This document shows, piece after piece, positions 1 through 9,719 of a DNA stretch of 64,000 nucleotides. Each line of letters starts with the position of its first letter. Position 1 is the first letter of the stretch. Position numbers and translations under genes: made by a program. The DNA comes from an uncultured Gemmatimonadales bacterium (lineage in GTDB: Bacteria > Gemmatimonadota > Gemmatimonadetes > Gemmatimonadales > Gemmatimonadaceae): assembly GCA_963707505.1 (NCBI GenBank), contig CAVPQB010000006.1, positions 672,001 to 736,000 on the forward strand, read 5' to 3'. A model generated the notes under the pieces. The model was not told where the DNA came from. It worked only from the letters and a program-made list of their open reading frames with translations, and did no database searches.

Positions 1-559
1 GTTGCACGGTACCGGAGGTGACGGCGATTCATTGCTTCAACTGGGCTACACACTGGCACCAGGCGCCACGCTTCTGAGTCCTGCAGGGAAGGTGCTGGAG
101 AACGGTGCGCGGCGCTTCTTCAAACGAGTGGCGGAAGGTGTGTTCGATCAGGAGGATCTGGCGCTACGCACGCGAGAGCTGGGCGAGTTCATTCGCGACG
201 CCGCACGTGCGTACGACCTCGATCGGCATCGAATCGTGGCTGTCGGCTACTCCAATGGAGCGAACATCGCCACCAGTCTCATGCTGCGACAGTCGGATGC
301 ACTTGCCGGCGCCGTGCTGTTCCGGCCGATGGTACCGTTCACGCCGGAGTCACGCGTGCTGTTGAGCGGGGTTCCGGTTCTGATCTGTGCGGGCGAGATG
401 GATCCGCTGCTGCCATTCGGCGACACGGAACGTCTTGCGGAAATTTTCCGGTCGGCCGACGCGGATGTGACCGTGCACATCGAGCACGCCGGTCACGAGC
501 TTGCAATGGGCGACGTGATCGCAGCGCGCGACTGGATTACGCGGAACTACGACGTCTAG
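1..559 (+). CDS. Alpha/beta hydrolase, phospholipase/carboxylesterase family (5' truncated by window edge)
   Basis: LHGTGG, GYSNGA nucleophile elbow, downstream Asp (MDPL) and His (AGHEL). Confidence 0.85.
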   Translation, partial: LHGTGGDGDSLLQLGYTLAPGATLLSPAGKVLENGARRFFKRVAEGVFDQEDLALRTRELGEFIRDAARAYDLDRHRIVAVGYSNGANIATSLMLRQSDALAGAVLFRPMVPFTPESRVLLSGVPVLICAGEMDPLLPFGDTERLAEIFRSADADVTVHIEHAGHELAMGDVIAARDWITRNYDV

Positions 560-579
560 CGTGCACGAGCGTCCTGGCG

Positions 580-1356
580 TCAGGGCTCGCACGCCGTCGT
601 GAGGCGATCCACCACGCGCTCCACGAAACGCTCAATCGGCAGTGGCTCGCGGATCGCCGCAACCGAAAGCCCGCTGACAGCGATACATTGCTGCCGTAAT
701 GCACGCTCCGAGCTCAGCCCAACCGCTCTGGCGACGTCGAGTAGGGTGAGGCTTCTGTCGGTGAGCACGTCGTAATTCCTGAGTAGTGTGAGCGCCGCCA
801 CGAATCCTGACGGAGATGCGATTCCTGCGTTCCTGAACTGGCGCGACAGAGCCCAGCGCGTGATGCCGCAGATGCGGGCGAGCCTTTCGACCGAGTCGAT
901 TCTGTGCCCATCGTCGCTCACATGATCGATGCAACTGCACAGCGCCGATGGGACGGTCTCAAGTCGGCGCGACAGAGCGGTCACGAGCAACTGAGCCCGC
1001 GTGGCCCGTGACTGGCGTCGCAGAATGTCAGCAAACGTCGTTGGATCGTCGTTGTATCCATAAGTGACGATCTCTCCGATGCCGAGCTCGCGAATGAGAT
1101 CGATCGATGCCTGCGCGTACTCCGGCGTGAGCAATATGTACAGTACGGTGCCGAGGTGCGCGCGAGACAGCGAGCCGGGAATGCCGCGATCGCGCTCTGC
1201 AAGCATGGGGTCCACGACAGCCACATCGGACGATCCACGCGTTACGGCATCGATGAAGTCAGCCGTACCTGATCGTATCGTCACCGATCCCGGAGGCATC
1301 ACAGCCGCGCGTGCGCGGTCGTGAAACGGTCTCCGGAGCATTGCCAGCGCTCTCAT
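580..1356 (-). CDS. AraC-family regulator with receiver-like N-terminal domain
   Basis: C-terminal double HTH (SVERLARICGITRWALSRQFR ... LLDVARAVGLSSERAL); N-terminal DVAVVDP. Confidence 0.75.
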   Translation of the reverse strand: MRALAMLRRPFHDRARAAVMPPGSVTIRSGTADFIDAVTRGSSDVAVVDPMLAERDRGIPGSLSRAHLGTVLYILLTPEYAQASIDLIRELGIGEIVTYGYNDDPTTFADILRRQSRATRAQLLVTALSRRLETVPSALCSCIDHVSDDGHRIDSVERLARICGITRWALSRQFRNAGIASPSGFVAALTLLRNYDVLTDRSLTLLDVARAVGLSSERALRQQCIAVSGLSVAAIREPLPIERFVERVVDRLTTACEP

Positions 1357-1405
1357 CGAACGCCGTGCGCCCTTTGCGTCAAGAAGATCCGTCCTCGCGT
1401 GTCCC

Positions 1406-2755
1406 CTACAGTGCAGTGCTCATGGCAGCGCTCATCGGAGCGCTCGTATCGACGCCGTGTCCGGCTGCCATGATATCGAGCGACTCGGCAACGTGGCGAA
1501 TTTCAGACGGCACGCTGTCCCAGCCAATCGAAATTGCGGACGGGTTAGGCATCACATCGTCACTGACGGCGACGGTGTTCGAACGGGACCGCTCCGAACG
1601 CGGTGGTATCTCGCTGGGAGCGTTCTCCAGTGCCAGCAGGATATCACTCAGCTCTGTCTCTGCCTCGAACACAAGCTGAAAGTGCTGGTACTGATTTGCG
1701 AGCTCGATCGCCCTTTCCGCAGCCGATCTGGCCTCAGCAAGTCGGTTGAATCGCCGACATCCCTGTGCGATGAACAGCGCATATTGTGCTTGCTGGCGAG
1801 GTGTCAGTCGCTCGTCAGCGAGCTCAGCGCGGAGTGCGTCGAACCGCGGCATGCCTTCGTGATGTGCAGCGAGAAAGAACAGATTGAGCGTCGCATGACG
1901 TCTGACGTGTCTGTCGGGCGCAGCTTTCTGTACGACACGAAGCGCAGCCGATGCAACTGTGGGGAGTCCATAGTCACTGAGGAAGGATGCGAGATCGACC
2001 AGCGTCTGGTACTTGAGCTCGTCGTCGTCGTCCAACGTATCGAGGATACCGAACGCGAGGGAGATCGCCTGTTCGTACTCGCCACTCATGTTCGCGACCC
2101 CTGCGAGTGCAAGGGTGACTCTCGGAACGACCGAGGGGCACGATAGACGCGCCCGCTTGCCAATACCCGTGAGACGTAGTCGCGCCGCCTGCAGATTGCC
2201 GCGGCTCCACAGCAGGTTCGCCTCGCCGATCTGCGCGCGGAACGCGATGGACAGGTCGCCCGCTTCCCGGCCAAGCTGGGATGCGCGACGGTAGGCGATC
2301 TGCGCCATCTCCCAGTCTGCACACATGCGGTACGCGCGTCCCATCAGCAAGCGCGACTCCGCCGCGAGCCACGTCTCGCCGTCGAGCTCGGTATCCATGC
2401 CTGCGAGTGCGAATACCGTTGCGGCCATTGCCCACTCGCCCTCGCTGACAAGCGCCTGTCCGTACATCAGAAGCGAAGTGTACGTCGCCTTTCGTCCCAC
2501 GCGGATCGGTCCTGCACTCTCCCAGAAGTGAAGTGCGCAGATCATCGCTTCGAGCGCCGTGCGCAGCTTCGGCGAAGCGTCGATGCCTGCCACATCGGCT
2601 TCGACCTTGCGGAGGGCATCGAGCTGGAACGAATTCATGCCGTTCGTCTTGACGCTGTCGTAAATCTGCAGGATGGTGAATCCTGCGGCCGTGCGCGCGA
2701 ATTCAGCATCCGATCGTGCTGTAGCGAGATGCTGGAGGAACGAGATCTCTGTCAT
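1406..2755 (-). CDS. TPR-like alpha-helical repeat protein (449 aa)
   Basis: Ala/Leu-rich paired helices with TPR-like spacing (LMGRAYRMCADWEMAQIAYRRA, LAGVANMSGEYEQAISL); ATG overlaps the upstream AraC stop (ATGA, 2752-2755). Confidence 0.7.
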   Translation of the reverse strand: MTEISFLQHLATARSDAEFARTAAGFTILQIYDSVKTNGMNSFQLDALRKVEADVAGIDASPKLRTALEAMICALHFWESAGPIRVGRKATYTSLLMYGQALVSEGEWAMAATVFALAGMDTELDGETWLAAESRLLMGRAYRMCADWEMAQIAYRRASQLGREAGDLSIAFRAQIGEANLLWSRGNLQAARLRLTGIGKRARLSCPSVVPRVTLALAGVANMSGEYEQAISLAFGILDTLDDDDELKYQTLVDLASFLSDYGLPTVASAALRVVQKAAPDRHVRRHATLNLFFLAAHHEGMPRFDALRAELADERLTPRQQAQYALFIAQGCRRFNRLAEARSAAERAIELANQYQHFQLVFEAETELSDILLALENAPSEIPPRSERSRSNTVAVSDDVMPNPSAISIGWDSVPSEIRHVAESLDIMAAGHGVDTSAPMSAAMSTAL

Positions 2756-3657
2756 GGCTTGGTTACCGGTTCGCCGGACGCCTTGAGGCGTACGTGTCGG
2801 GGGCGAGGTCTGCCGTGGATGAGTGTCAGCGACGGCTTGGCATCTTCTGCGGGACTGCCGGAAACGTTCGATTTCTGACGCGGCTTCCGTTCCGTCAGCC
2901 GCAGCGCGAGTGTGTCCGCCGCCTCGGCGGCCCTGAGCGGTCGAGCGCGGAGCTTTCCGCTCGTGGTGTCGAGGAGCAAGGTGAATTGCGCATCCATCGT
3001 TCTCTGTGACTTGTATCCAAGCAGCGAGGCGATGGTGGTGAGCGGAATGCGAGATCTGGTAATCGTTCTGTAGGCAGACGTGAGGTGCGTCGCCTCGACC
3101 AGTTTTCTCGCCGACACGAAGCCAGCATCGGCGATATAGCGATCCATGCTGCGCCGCGGCAGCGAGACGGCCGCCGACAGCGCGTCGGGGGAATGGGGGC
3201 CATCGCCGGTGCGGAACATCGCGAGCAGTCTGTCGCGGATGACAGGCGGTAGGAGATTCAGGTTGCTATCCAGCCTGGACACGAGCGCGGTCCAGAACTC
3301 AGCGTCAGGCGTGAGAAGGAGGGCGCGCTCGAGCAACGAGCGCTCGTTCGCGGTACCTCTGAAGACAAAGCGGGCAGGGGTTCGTTGCGCCAGGATCACC
3401 GAGCTTTCGAGCGCTGCGGTGCTTACCGAACTGAAGGCGACCACGGGCCGCGGAAACTGCGCAAGGCTGGCCGCGATCGACTGCGCGATGCCCGCAGTAA
3501 CGAGTGCTGGATCGAATACGAGGCAGTCGTCATTTGGAAAGGCGAGCGCGGCCAGAAGCTGACGCGTGTCCGGGATGGAGTCGATGATACCGTATCCACC
3601 CAGGGCTGCGTACACGTAGCCCATCGCCTGTGGCGCCAGAAATACGATGTACCTCAA
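2752..3657 (-). CDS. AraC-family regulator with receiver-like N-terminal domain
   Basis: Double HTH (SPDALSAAVSLPRRSMDRYI ... LTTIASLLGYKSQRTM); N-terminal DCLVFDP; TTG start uncertain. Confidence 0.75.
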   Translation of the reverse strand: MRYIVFLAPQAMGYVYAALGGYGIIDSIPDTRQLLAALAFPNDDCLVFDPALVTAGIAQSIAASLAQFPRPVVAFSSVSTAALESSVILAQRTPARFVFRGTANERSLLERALLLTPDAEFWTALVSRLDSNLNLLPPVIRDRLLAMFRTGDGPHSPDALSAAVSLPRRSMDRYIADAGFVSARKLVEATHLTSAYRTITRSRIPLTTIASLLGYKSQRTMDAQFTLLLDTTSGKLRARPLRAAEAADTLALRLTERKPRQKSNVSGSPAEDAKPSLTLIHGRPRPRHVRLKASGEPVTKP

Positions 3658-3756
3658 TCAAGCCCCGCTGATGCACCTGCTGTCTGCGACATGGCACTCC
3701 TTCCCCGAGCGACGAGAACCCTTCAATAAGGTAGCGTCCGCCCGGTGCCGCCGAAA

Positions 3757-3792
3757 TGCGATTTTCGGCCAAGCACTGCGATTTCCGGCCAA
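3757..3792. promoter_or_regulatory. 16-bp direct repeat pair, candidate AraC-type operator
   Basis: TGCGATTTTCGGCCAA (3757-3772) and TGCGATTTCCGGCCAA (3777-3792), 20-bp period, about 100 bp upstream of the 3657 start. Confidence 0.5.
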
Positions 3793-3811
3793 CCCGGGAA
3801 CGTGGGGTGAG

Positions 3812-3840
3812 CTGGTCGTAGCCTGGTCGTAGCCTGGTCG
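3812..3840. repeat. 11-bp tandem repeat (CTGGTCGTAGC x2.6)
   Basis: Read directly from sequence. Confidence 0.8.
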
Positions 3841-3855
3841 GGGGGGGCCAGCCGC

Positions 3856-3886
3856 GAGCGGGTGCCTGGACCGCAGGCACCCGCTC
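3856..3886 (-). terminator. Perfect 13-bp stem-loop downstream of the peptide gene (no U-tract)
   Basis: GAGCGGGTGCCTG-GACCG-CAGGCACCCGCTC, about 15 nt past the stop at 3902. Confidence 0.5.
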
Positions 3887-3901
3887 AAATCCACAGTCCG
3901 G

Positions 3902-4090
3902 CTAGGGGCGTGCGACCTTGACGATGGCGGCAGACTGGGAGGTGCTGTCGGAGCCGCAGCGATCCCAGCCCTGGGTTCCGCCGCCGCTGCACAGGGCGTT
4001 GGAACGGGGGGCGGTCGGTTCTGCGCAAGCGACAGCGAGCGCGGCTAGGACTGCACCAAGGATGGTGATGTATCTGGTCGTACTGCGCAC
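3902..4090 (-). CDS. Small secreted lipopeptide precursor (62 aa) with Cys-x10-Cys loop
   Basis: Basic N-terminus, hydrophobic core, lipobox LAVAC, then CSGGGTQGWDRC; GGAG RBS just upstream of GTG; stem-loop downstream. Confidence 0.7.
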   Translation of the reverse strand: MRSTTRYITILGAVLAALAVACAEPTAPRSNALCSGGGTQGWDRCGSDSTSQSAAIVKVARP

Positions 4091-4427
4091 ATGATCTCCG
4101 GCAAGGGGGTTGAGCAGGGAGATTTACAGGGAGTTTCCCCAGTACGAAATGCTCGTTTGCGCCAATTACCTGCGCTTTTGTGCGGGTCGCTCCGATTGGC
4201 TGGAATTCGCAGTTCGTGGCTTGAATGCGCACTTGTCCGATCGCTGTCGCCGAGCAAATGTATGCTGTATGGCTGCGCTATGCGGAATCGACCGGACAAT
4301 GGCATGTGGCATCGCTCGAAGAATGAACTCAGCCAAGCGCCTTAAGGAATGGGCGGGGTCACATGCCAGTTTCCGCCTGCGAAGCCGGATCTTAGCCACT
4401 TTCCATCAGCATTGAACACCATAAGTC

Positions 4428-4649
4428 ATGCTCGACTCAGTTGTTACGTTTGATGTCGCCTCCCGGGTACGCGAGCTCGAGCTATCGATTGCTCGGCGCG
4501 TTCGCCAGGAATTGCGCCCCTACATTTGCGACGAGACGGAGTTGGAGCGCGCCACGAGCGAAGTCCTGATGATCAGCAGGGACTACGCCGGATCATTCCA
4601 TGCGATCAATGATCGGGCGCGTATAAGGCGGGAGCGGGACGTGGAGTAG
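4428..4649 (+). CDS. Hypothetical protein (73 aa, charged, helical)
   Basis: ATG ORF filling the gap before the TonB receptor; no recognisable motif. Confidence 0.4.
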   Translation: MLDSVVTFDVASRVRELELSIARRVRQELRPYICDETELERATSEVLMISRDYAGSFHAINDRARIRRERDVE

Positions 4650-4693
4650 GCTGGGCCCACAGCGGTCCGACCAGTGCGGCCCGAAATTAGCAT

Positions 4694-6967
4694 ATGAAGG
4701 CCGCCATTACGCACGTCACCCTATCACAGATTGTACGAAGGAGTCACGGCCACCCTGCTGCGCATTCGGCGGCGATTGTCCTGGCGGTGTCGACGCTCTT
4801 TCTCATTCCCGTTACGGCGCAAGCGCAGCGGCGCACGTCCGCGCGCGATACGATCCCGTCCGATAGCTCCGCAAGACACAATGCGCATGCGGATACGGCT
4901 CAGCGGCTAAGGGGTGAGGTAATCACCGGTACGCGTCTCTCTCAGGCGGCTGACCGCACCGCTGCGCGTGTCGATCATCCGGACCTGACCAACGTGCCGC
5001 CCGGCCCTGCGGCTGCGGCCGACATACTCGCGCGGCTTCCCGGTGTGAGCAGCATCGATGATCAGGGCAGCCGCATCCAGCCAACGCTCACGCTCCGTGG
5101 ATTCACGCTCTCACCCGTCGTTGGCGTCCCGCAGGGAGTGAGCGTCTTTCTCGACGGCGTGCGAATCAACGAGCCGGATGCGCAGGAGCTGAACTTCGAT
5201 CTGATCCCGATGGAAGCGGTAACGAGCGCTTCGTTGATTCGCGGCCCGGCAACGCTTTTCGGCAAGAATACACTCGCTGGCGCACTGCTACTCACCACCG
5301 AGCGCGGCGATACGACGCCGCACGCATCGGCAACAATTGAAGACGGTGCATTCGGCTTCCGCAGCGCCACAGCAACGGCGAGCGGCGTCGCACCTGCACT
5401 TGGCGGGATCGACGGTTACATCATGGGTCGCGCGAGCAACGAGCGCGGCTGGCGCGATGCTACGCAGGCGCGGTCGCGAATGCTCTTCGCCAACATCGGT
5501 AAGAAGACTGATGCAAGTGATGTCACGCTAACCGCAATGTACGCGCACGACGCAGCATTTCTCGCGGGCTCCCTGCCGGAAAGCTGGATTACCGTGGATC
5601 CACAGGCGAATTATACCGACGGCGATTTCTTCGAACCAGAATTGCTTCATCTGGCGCTTCGCGGCGAGCGTGCTCTCTCACTGGGCGCAATACGCGCGAA
5701 TCTGTTCTTTCGCCGCAATAACGTTCAACAGTTCAACGCCAACATAGATGCGCCGAGTACACGTGCGTTCGTGGATAACAGATCTGCTGGCGGAACGGTG
5801 GAATGGTCGGTGCCGACGCACATCGGACGCCATGATCTCGCGTTCACACTGGGTTCGGAGTACAGCAGGAACGACGTGGATTATCACATCTTCGATGAGA
5901 AGACTTCCGCAGCTGCTGACTTGCCAACTGATTGCGACCAGATGTCCGGGTTGTGCGATAAGGTTCATGTTCCGGAAGATGACGCGTCGCTGTATGCACA
6001 GGGAATGCTGGCGGTATCTTCAAAGCTGTCGCTGACGGTGGCTGCGCGAGCGGACTATGTGCGCATTCCGTTCCGCGATCTGCGGGATCCGTCCAACGAC
6101 GGAACCAGTGTCTTTCGCCAGATGTCGCCGCGTATCGGAGCAACGTACCAGCTCGATGCGCGCACGAGTGCGTATGCGTCTGTGGGCACGGGCTTTCGCG
6201 CGCCTGCTGCGCTCGAGCTCGCCTGCGCGGATGTGAATGCACCGTGCGCGCTTCCGTCTGCGCTCGGCGACGACCCTCCGCTCGAGCCGGTTACCGTCCG
6301 CAGCTACGAAGTTGGCTTGAGTCGGGAGTTCGCGCACGAGGCGCGATTCGGGGTCAGCGCATACCGGACCGACGTGCGGGACGAGATTGTGTTTGTCGCG
6401 TCGAGCGTTACAGCGGGCTTCTTTCAGAACATCCCGCGCACGCGCAGGCAGGGGATCGAGATTACCGGTGAAGCAGGCCTCGGTGCCGGCTTCACCCTCG
6501 ACGCATCGTATAATTATCTCAACTCGACGTACGAGAGCACTGTCGCGCTCGCGTCGGAACTGGCCGGCAATGTGGTGCATCCGGGAGACAAATTTCCATT
6601 GTCGCCCGACAATCAGGCGAGCTTCTCCATCCAGAACACGCGCGCATTTCGCACTTCGGTTCTGCATGCACAGCTATCGATCCGGGGCGTTTCGAGTCAG
6701 TTTCTGCGCGGTGACGAGGCGAATCGCGAGCGGCAGCTCCCGGGCTACGCGACTACGGATGCGCGGGTTGAGTGGCAGGCGCATGAGTTCACTTTATCCG
6801 GCTATGTAACCAACCTGCTGGATCGGAGTTACGATACCTTCGGGGTTTTTGGTGAGAATCCGAAAGGGCCGTTGGGCGGTACACCTCCCGCCGCGCCGAC
6901 GCCGGAGCGGTTTCTTACACCGGCATATCCCCGCGCACTGACGGTGTCGTTGGCGATCCACATGTGA
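4694..6967 (+). CDS. TonB-dependent receptor
   Basis: Signal peptide, TonB box-like EVITGTR, plug motifs (LPGV, LRGF, LDGVRIN, LIRGPATLFG), barrel strands. Confidence 0.9.
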   Translation: MKAAITHVTLSQIVRRSHGHPAAHSAAIVLAVSTLFLIPVTAQAQRRTSARDTIPSDSSARHNAHADTAQRLRGEVITGTRLSQAADRTAARVDHPDLTNVPPGPAAAADILARLPGVSSIDDQGSRIQPTLTLRGFTLSPVVGVPQGVSVFLDGVRINEPDAQELNFDLIPMEAVTSASLIRGPATLFGKNTLAGALLLTTERGDTTPHASATIEDGAFGFRSATATASGVAPALGGIDGYIMGRASNERGWRDATQARSRMLFANIGKKTDASDVTLTAMYAHDAAFLAGSLPESWITVDPQANYTDGDFFEPELLHLALRGERALSLGAIRANLFFRRNNVQQFNANIDAPSTRAFVDNRSAGGTVEWSVPTHIGRHDLAFTLGSEYSRNDVDYHIFDEKTSAAADLPTDCDQMSGLCDKVHVPEDDASLYAQGMLAVSSKLSLTVAARADYVRIPFRDLRDPSNDGTSVFRQMSPRIGATYQLDARTSAYASVGTGFRAPAALELACADVNAPCALPSALGDDPPLEPVTVRSYEVGLSREFAHEARFGVSAYRTDVRDEIVFVASSVTAGFFQNIPRTRRQGIEITGEAGLGAGFTLDASYNYLNSTYESTVALASELAGNVVHPGDKFPLSPDNQASFSIQNTRAFRTSVLHAQLSIRGVSSQFLRGDEANRERQLPGYATTDARVEWQAHEFTLSGYVTNLLDRSYDTFGVFGENPKGPLGGTPPAAPTPERFLTPAYPRALTVSLAIHM

Positions 6968-6977
6968 ATCCGGTGCC

Positions 6978-7934
6978 ATGTCAAATCGAATTCCAATCGC
7001 AGCAATAATCGCTGGCTGCTTCATGATCGCGTGGGCACCGGCGACTGTCGATGCGCGCAACATGCCAGCACGAACGGTCGTCGCAGCCCAACCCGCGCTC
7101 GCGGACAGCACCGTTGTCGTGATGCTCGGTGTCGGAATGCCGAGGCCGGATCCAGATGCGTCCGGTCCGGCGACAGCTGTCCTGGTTGGGTCTCGCGTTT
7201 TTCTCTTCGATGCAGGTCCAGGCATCATGCGCCGGATGGCCGCTGCGCATCTTCCGATAAATGGCGTAACGGCTCTGTTCATCACCCATCTACATAGCGA
7301 TCATACGCTCGGACTTCCGGACCTGATCTTCACGTCATGGGTGATGGGGCGCAGGAACGCACTCGAAGCTTACGGGCCGCACGGATTGCAGGAGATGACC
7401 ACGCACATTCTGGAAGCGTGGAAGATCGACGAAGACGTTCGCACCAACGGACTGGAGCACGAACCGGCGAATGGCTACGCGGTGAACGTGCACGAGATCC
7501 AGCCGGGTGTCGTTTACGACAGCGGTGGCGTGCGCATCACGGCGATCCCGGTGCTGCATGGCAGTCTCAAGGAAGCGTACGGATACCGGATCGACACACC
7601 GACGCGCTCTGTCGTGATTTCGGGTGACACGCGGCCGTCGGACGCGCTGCTTGCCGCTTCGCGCAACGTGGACGTGCTGGTGCACGAAGTGTATTCGGCG
7701 GCGAAGCTCGCGCCCGAGAAGCGGCCCGGCGGCGACGCGTGGCCGCGCTATATGCAGGAGTTTCACACTTCCGACGTCGAGCTCGGGAAGATCGCCGCGG
7801 AGGCGAAGCCGAAGCTGCTGGTGCTCACCCACATCATAAGGATGGGGAGCAGCGACGAGGATTTGATCCGCGGCGTGCGCGCCGGTGGGTTTGGTGGGAA
7901 GATCGTGGTTGGCCGAGATCTGGCCCGATATTAG
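6978..7934 (+). CDS. Secreted MBL-fold metallo-hydrolase (RNase Z/AtsA-like)
   Basis: THLHSDH, ISGDT, VLVHE, LVLTH motifs; signal peptide. Confidence 0.88.
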   Translation: MSNRIPIAAIIAGCFMIAWAPATVDARNMPARTVVAAQPALADSTVVVMLGVGMPRPDPDASGPATAVLVGSRVFLFDAGPGIMRRMAAAHLPINGVTALFITHLHSDHTLGLPDLIFTSWVMGRRNALEAYGPHGLQEMTTHILEAWKIDEDVRTNGLEHEPANGYAVNVHEIQPGVVYDSGGVRITAIPVLHGSLKEAYGYRIDTPTRSVVISGDTRPSDALLAASRNVDVLVHEVYSAAKLAPEKRPGGDAWPRYMQEFHTSDVELGKIAAEAKPKLLVLTHIIRMGSSDEDLIRGVRAGGFGGKIVVGRDLARY

Positions 7935-8237
7935 ATGGGTTCTGGCTATACCGAGAACGTCCTGCCCCTACCATTGCTACGCCTTCGGAGTTGACGTAGA
8001 CTGGGCCTCGTATCGTGTCACTGCGCGTCGCGGACACCGGCTTGAGACTGCCACAAAAGGTATAATACGCGCTGCTGTGCGCCGACGTTGCGGTTCTTAA
8101 TACAGGCCGCCGGCGCGATGTCGGATTCGGAATAGTTAATATTTTATCCGATCTTGACAGCCCGGGGCCCACCTTTATGTTCGCTTGACATCACTGGCCA
8201 GCTGCTTCGTGCAGGGCCAGCCCGGTACAGCGACCCC

Positions 8238-9688
8238 ATGAAGATGAAGCGCCTCGCACTGTTGTTCCTGTCTCTCGTCACCACGGGTCTTGCGGCTGCG
8301 CAGAATGCGCCTCAAGAGCGTGACGTACTCGTAACTGGCGGATGGCTGTTCGCATCGACAGGCAACGAGCGAGTTCGCAATCCCGGCATTCTCATCCGCG
8401 CCGGCAAGTTCCTGCGCGTCGGCGGCGATCTCTCCATCGCCGCGGCGGACGCCGAGCGCGTTCAGCTCGCCGATACGGAGACGGTGATTCCCGGCCTGTT
8501 CGATCTCCACGCGCATTACGCGATGGATCTGTTCAACGCGGGCCGCAAGGACGAGACGACCGCGTATCCGTCGCTCTTTCTCGCGAACGGTGTGACGTCG
8601 ACGTTCCCGGCTGGCGAGATGAATCCGGACGTCGATGCACGACGCTGCGCATCAGGATCGATAATGGATTGGAGCCCGGGTCCGCGGCTGCTGAACTCCG
8701 GACCGTACTTCGGCACCGCACGACCCGAGTGGGATCGCAACATCATCGGTCGACACAGATCTACGCCGAAGTCGATCACTGGGCGGAGCACGGCGTGCAG
8801 CGGATTCAAGGCAAAGGGCATCACGCCAGACGCAGCTACGCGCGCTGATCGAGCGCGCGCACTCTGCACGGACTCACGGTGACCGGCCATCTCGATTCCG
8901 GCAATCGGCGAATCAGCGTGAATCCGCGCGACGCGATCCTTATGGGCATCGATCGCATCGAGCACTTCATGGGCGGCGACGCGTTCACGGCGGACAGTTC
9001 GGCGTACGCGTCGTACGAGCACATGACGTTCGACACGCCGGCGTTCAAGCGGATCGCCGCGCTGTACAAGACGCAACACGTCTACTTCGACGCGACGTTG
9101 AGCGCGTACGGTTACTACGGCAAGAAGGATCCCGCAGTCTACACCTACTTCACGGACGAGAGAGCGCTTCCTCACGCCGTACATGCGCTCAGTGATCGCC
9201 GCGCGGCCGCCACGCCCGGTGAATCAGCAGTTCGAGAACATCTACTGGACCAAGCGAAAGGAGGTCAAGGCGTTCTACGACGCTGGCGGCGGCGATCTCA
9301 TCACGCTCGGCACCGATCATCCGAGCTGGGGCGAGTTCTTCACGCCGTTCTCGGTGCACCGCGAGTTGTTGTCGCTTTCGCTGTCGGGCATTCCGAACGC
9401 GGCGGTGCTGCGCATCGCGACGATCAACAGCGCACGCGCGATCGGACTTGGCGACCGACTCGGGATCGATCGAAGCGGGGAAGTGGGCTGATCTCGTGGT
9501 CGTGCGCGGCAATCCGCTGGCTGACATTCGCCGAATCACGATTGCCGCGACTCGTGATCAAGGCCGGGACGGTCTACGACCCGCAGGCGTTGATGAAGTC
9601 GGTAGAGGGAAAGATCGGACCGGCGAGCGCCGCCGATACCGCCGTGTGGGCACCGACCCCACGCCAGCCGCGCCGCACGGTACGCTGA
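8238..9688 (+). CDS. Secreted amidohydrolase family protein (multiple apparent frameshifts)
   Basis: PGLFDLHAH, IEH, LGTDHP, GSIEAGKWADLVVVRGNP motifs spread across ORFs 8154, 8342, 8879, 9183 and 9448. Confidence 0.8.
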
Positions 9689-9719
9689 CGGCGCTCGATT
9701 CAAACAGGGCAGTTACATC

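Noticed and set aside
3902..4090. Peptide as a RiPP precursor
   Set aside because: No modifying enzyme or peptidase-transporter nearby, and it has a Sec/lipoprotein signal rather than a RiPP leader.
7935..8237. Relatively AT-rich intergenic stretch with TATAAT/TTGACA hexamers and a minus-strand ORF (7834-8172)
   Set aside because: Hexamers are not in -35/-10 order with correct spacing; the ORF overlaps the MBL gene and has no motif; no convincing RNA structure.
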